Positions 63,641-64,000 of a DNA stretch of 64,000 bases are shown here, one piece after another. The notes beneath the pieces are model-generated. The model saw nothing but the letters and a program-made list of their open reading frames with translations, did not search any database and had not been told where the DNA came from. Location: assembly GCF_947568905.1 (NCBI RefSeq), contig NC_079173.1, positions 30,752,001 to 30,816,000 on the forward strand, in the 5' to 3' direction. Every line of letters starts with the position of its first letter. Position 1 is the first letter of the stretch. Made by a program: the position numbers and the translations under genes. This DNA is from Ostrea edulis. Its lineage: Eukaryota.

Positions 63641-64000
63641 GCTGTATCCACCCGATTGATCATGTCCACAACATTATACTTACTACTTAATCCTGTTCGT
63701 GCTCGTGAGCGCATAAGGCCGTCATCAGAGACTATAGCCACATCTTATTTCTAAAGTAAAACTTGTCTACGAATTTCACATGCTAATTTTCAATTGACAG
63801 GACTGCGTGCAAATCGTATTTCCCTATGCTTTGTATACGCACTCTTCATGGCAGAATAATCCATCAGTTCACTGAGGCCATGATCAGACTATAACTTTGA
63901 TCTGTGTTGTGGTTTTATGTGGGTATGTCTGATGATTATTAACAGGCTTCTAATCCTCTGTTTCATGATTTGATCTTTCAATCCACTTTGTTTACTTTCA

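Overview
AT-rich, intron-rich eukaryotic DNA, most likely from an oyster (Ostreidae). That assignment is inferred from Cg170-like 166-bp satellite units inside Helitron-like elements and from bivalve-type SINE and Penelope-like repeats. Three spliced genes were reconstructed exon by exon with consistent splice phases: RPP25/RPP25L (minus strand, 6 coding exons, 174 aa), a TARBP2/PRKRA (loquacious)-like three-dsRBD gene (plus strand, 6 coding exons, 321 aa, divergent from RPP25L) and a complete polypeptide GalNAc-transferase (minus strand, 11 coding exons, 682 aa). The rest is repeats: a degenerate Gypsy LTR element (5-bp TSD, tRNA-Ser PBS), many Naiad-type Penelope-like fragments, one canonical Penelope-like RT fragment, SINEs, Helitron-like non-autonomous elements, several MITEs with clear TSDs and more than ten minisatellites. 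The most notable observations are: (1) about 19 tandem copies of exactly the terminal 43 nt of a Penelope-like element, which resembles reiterative telomerase-like reverse transcription; (2) a GC-AG intron in TARBP2 with a competing frameshifting GT donor 4 nt downstream; (3) unrelated minisatellites lying against exons of all three genes; (4) a Penelope reading frame that runs straight into a 42-bp array. No prokaryotic-type system or CRISPR array is supported. All family assignments come from motif recognition; no database searches were run.
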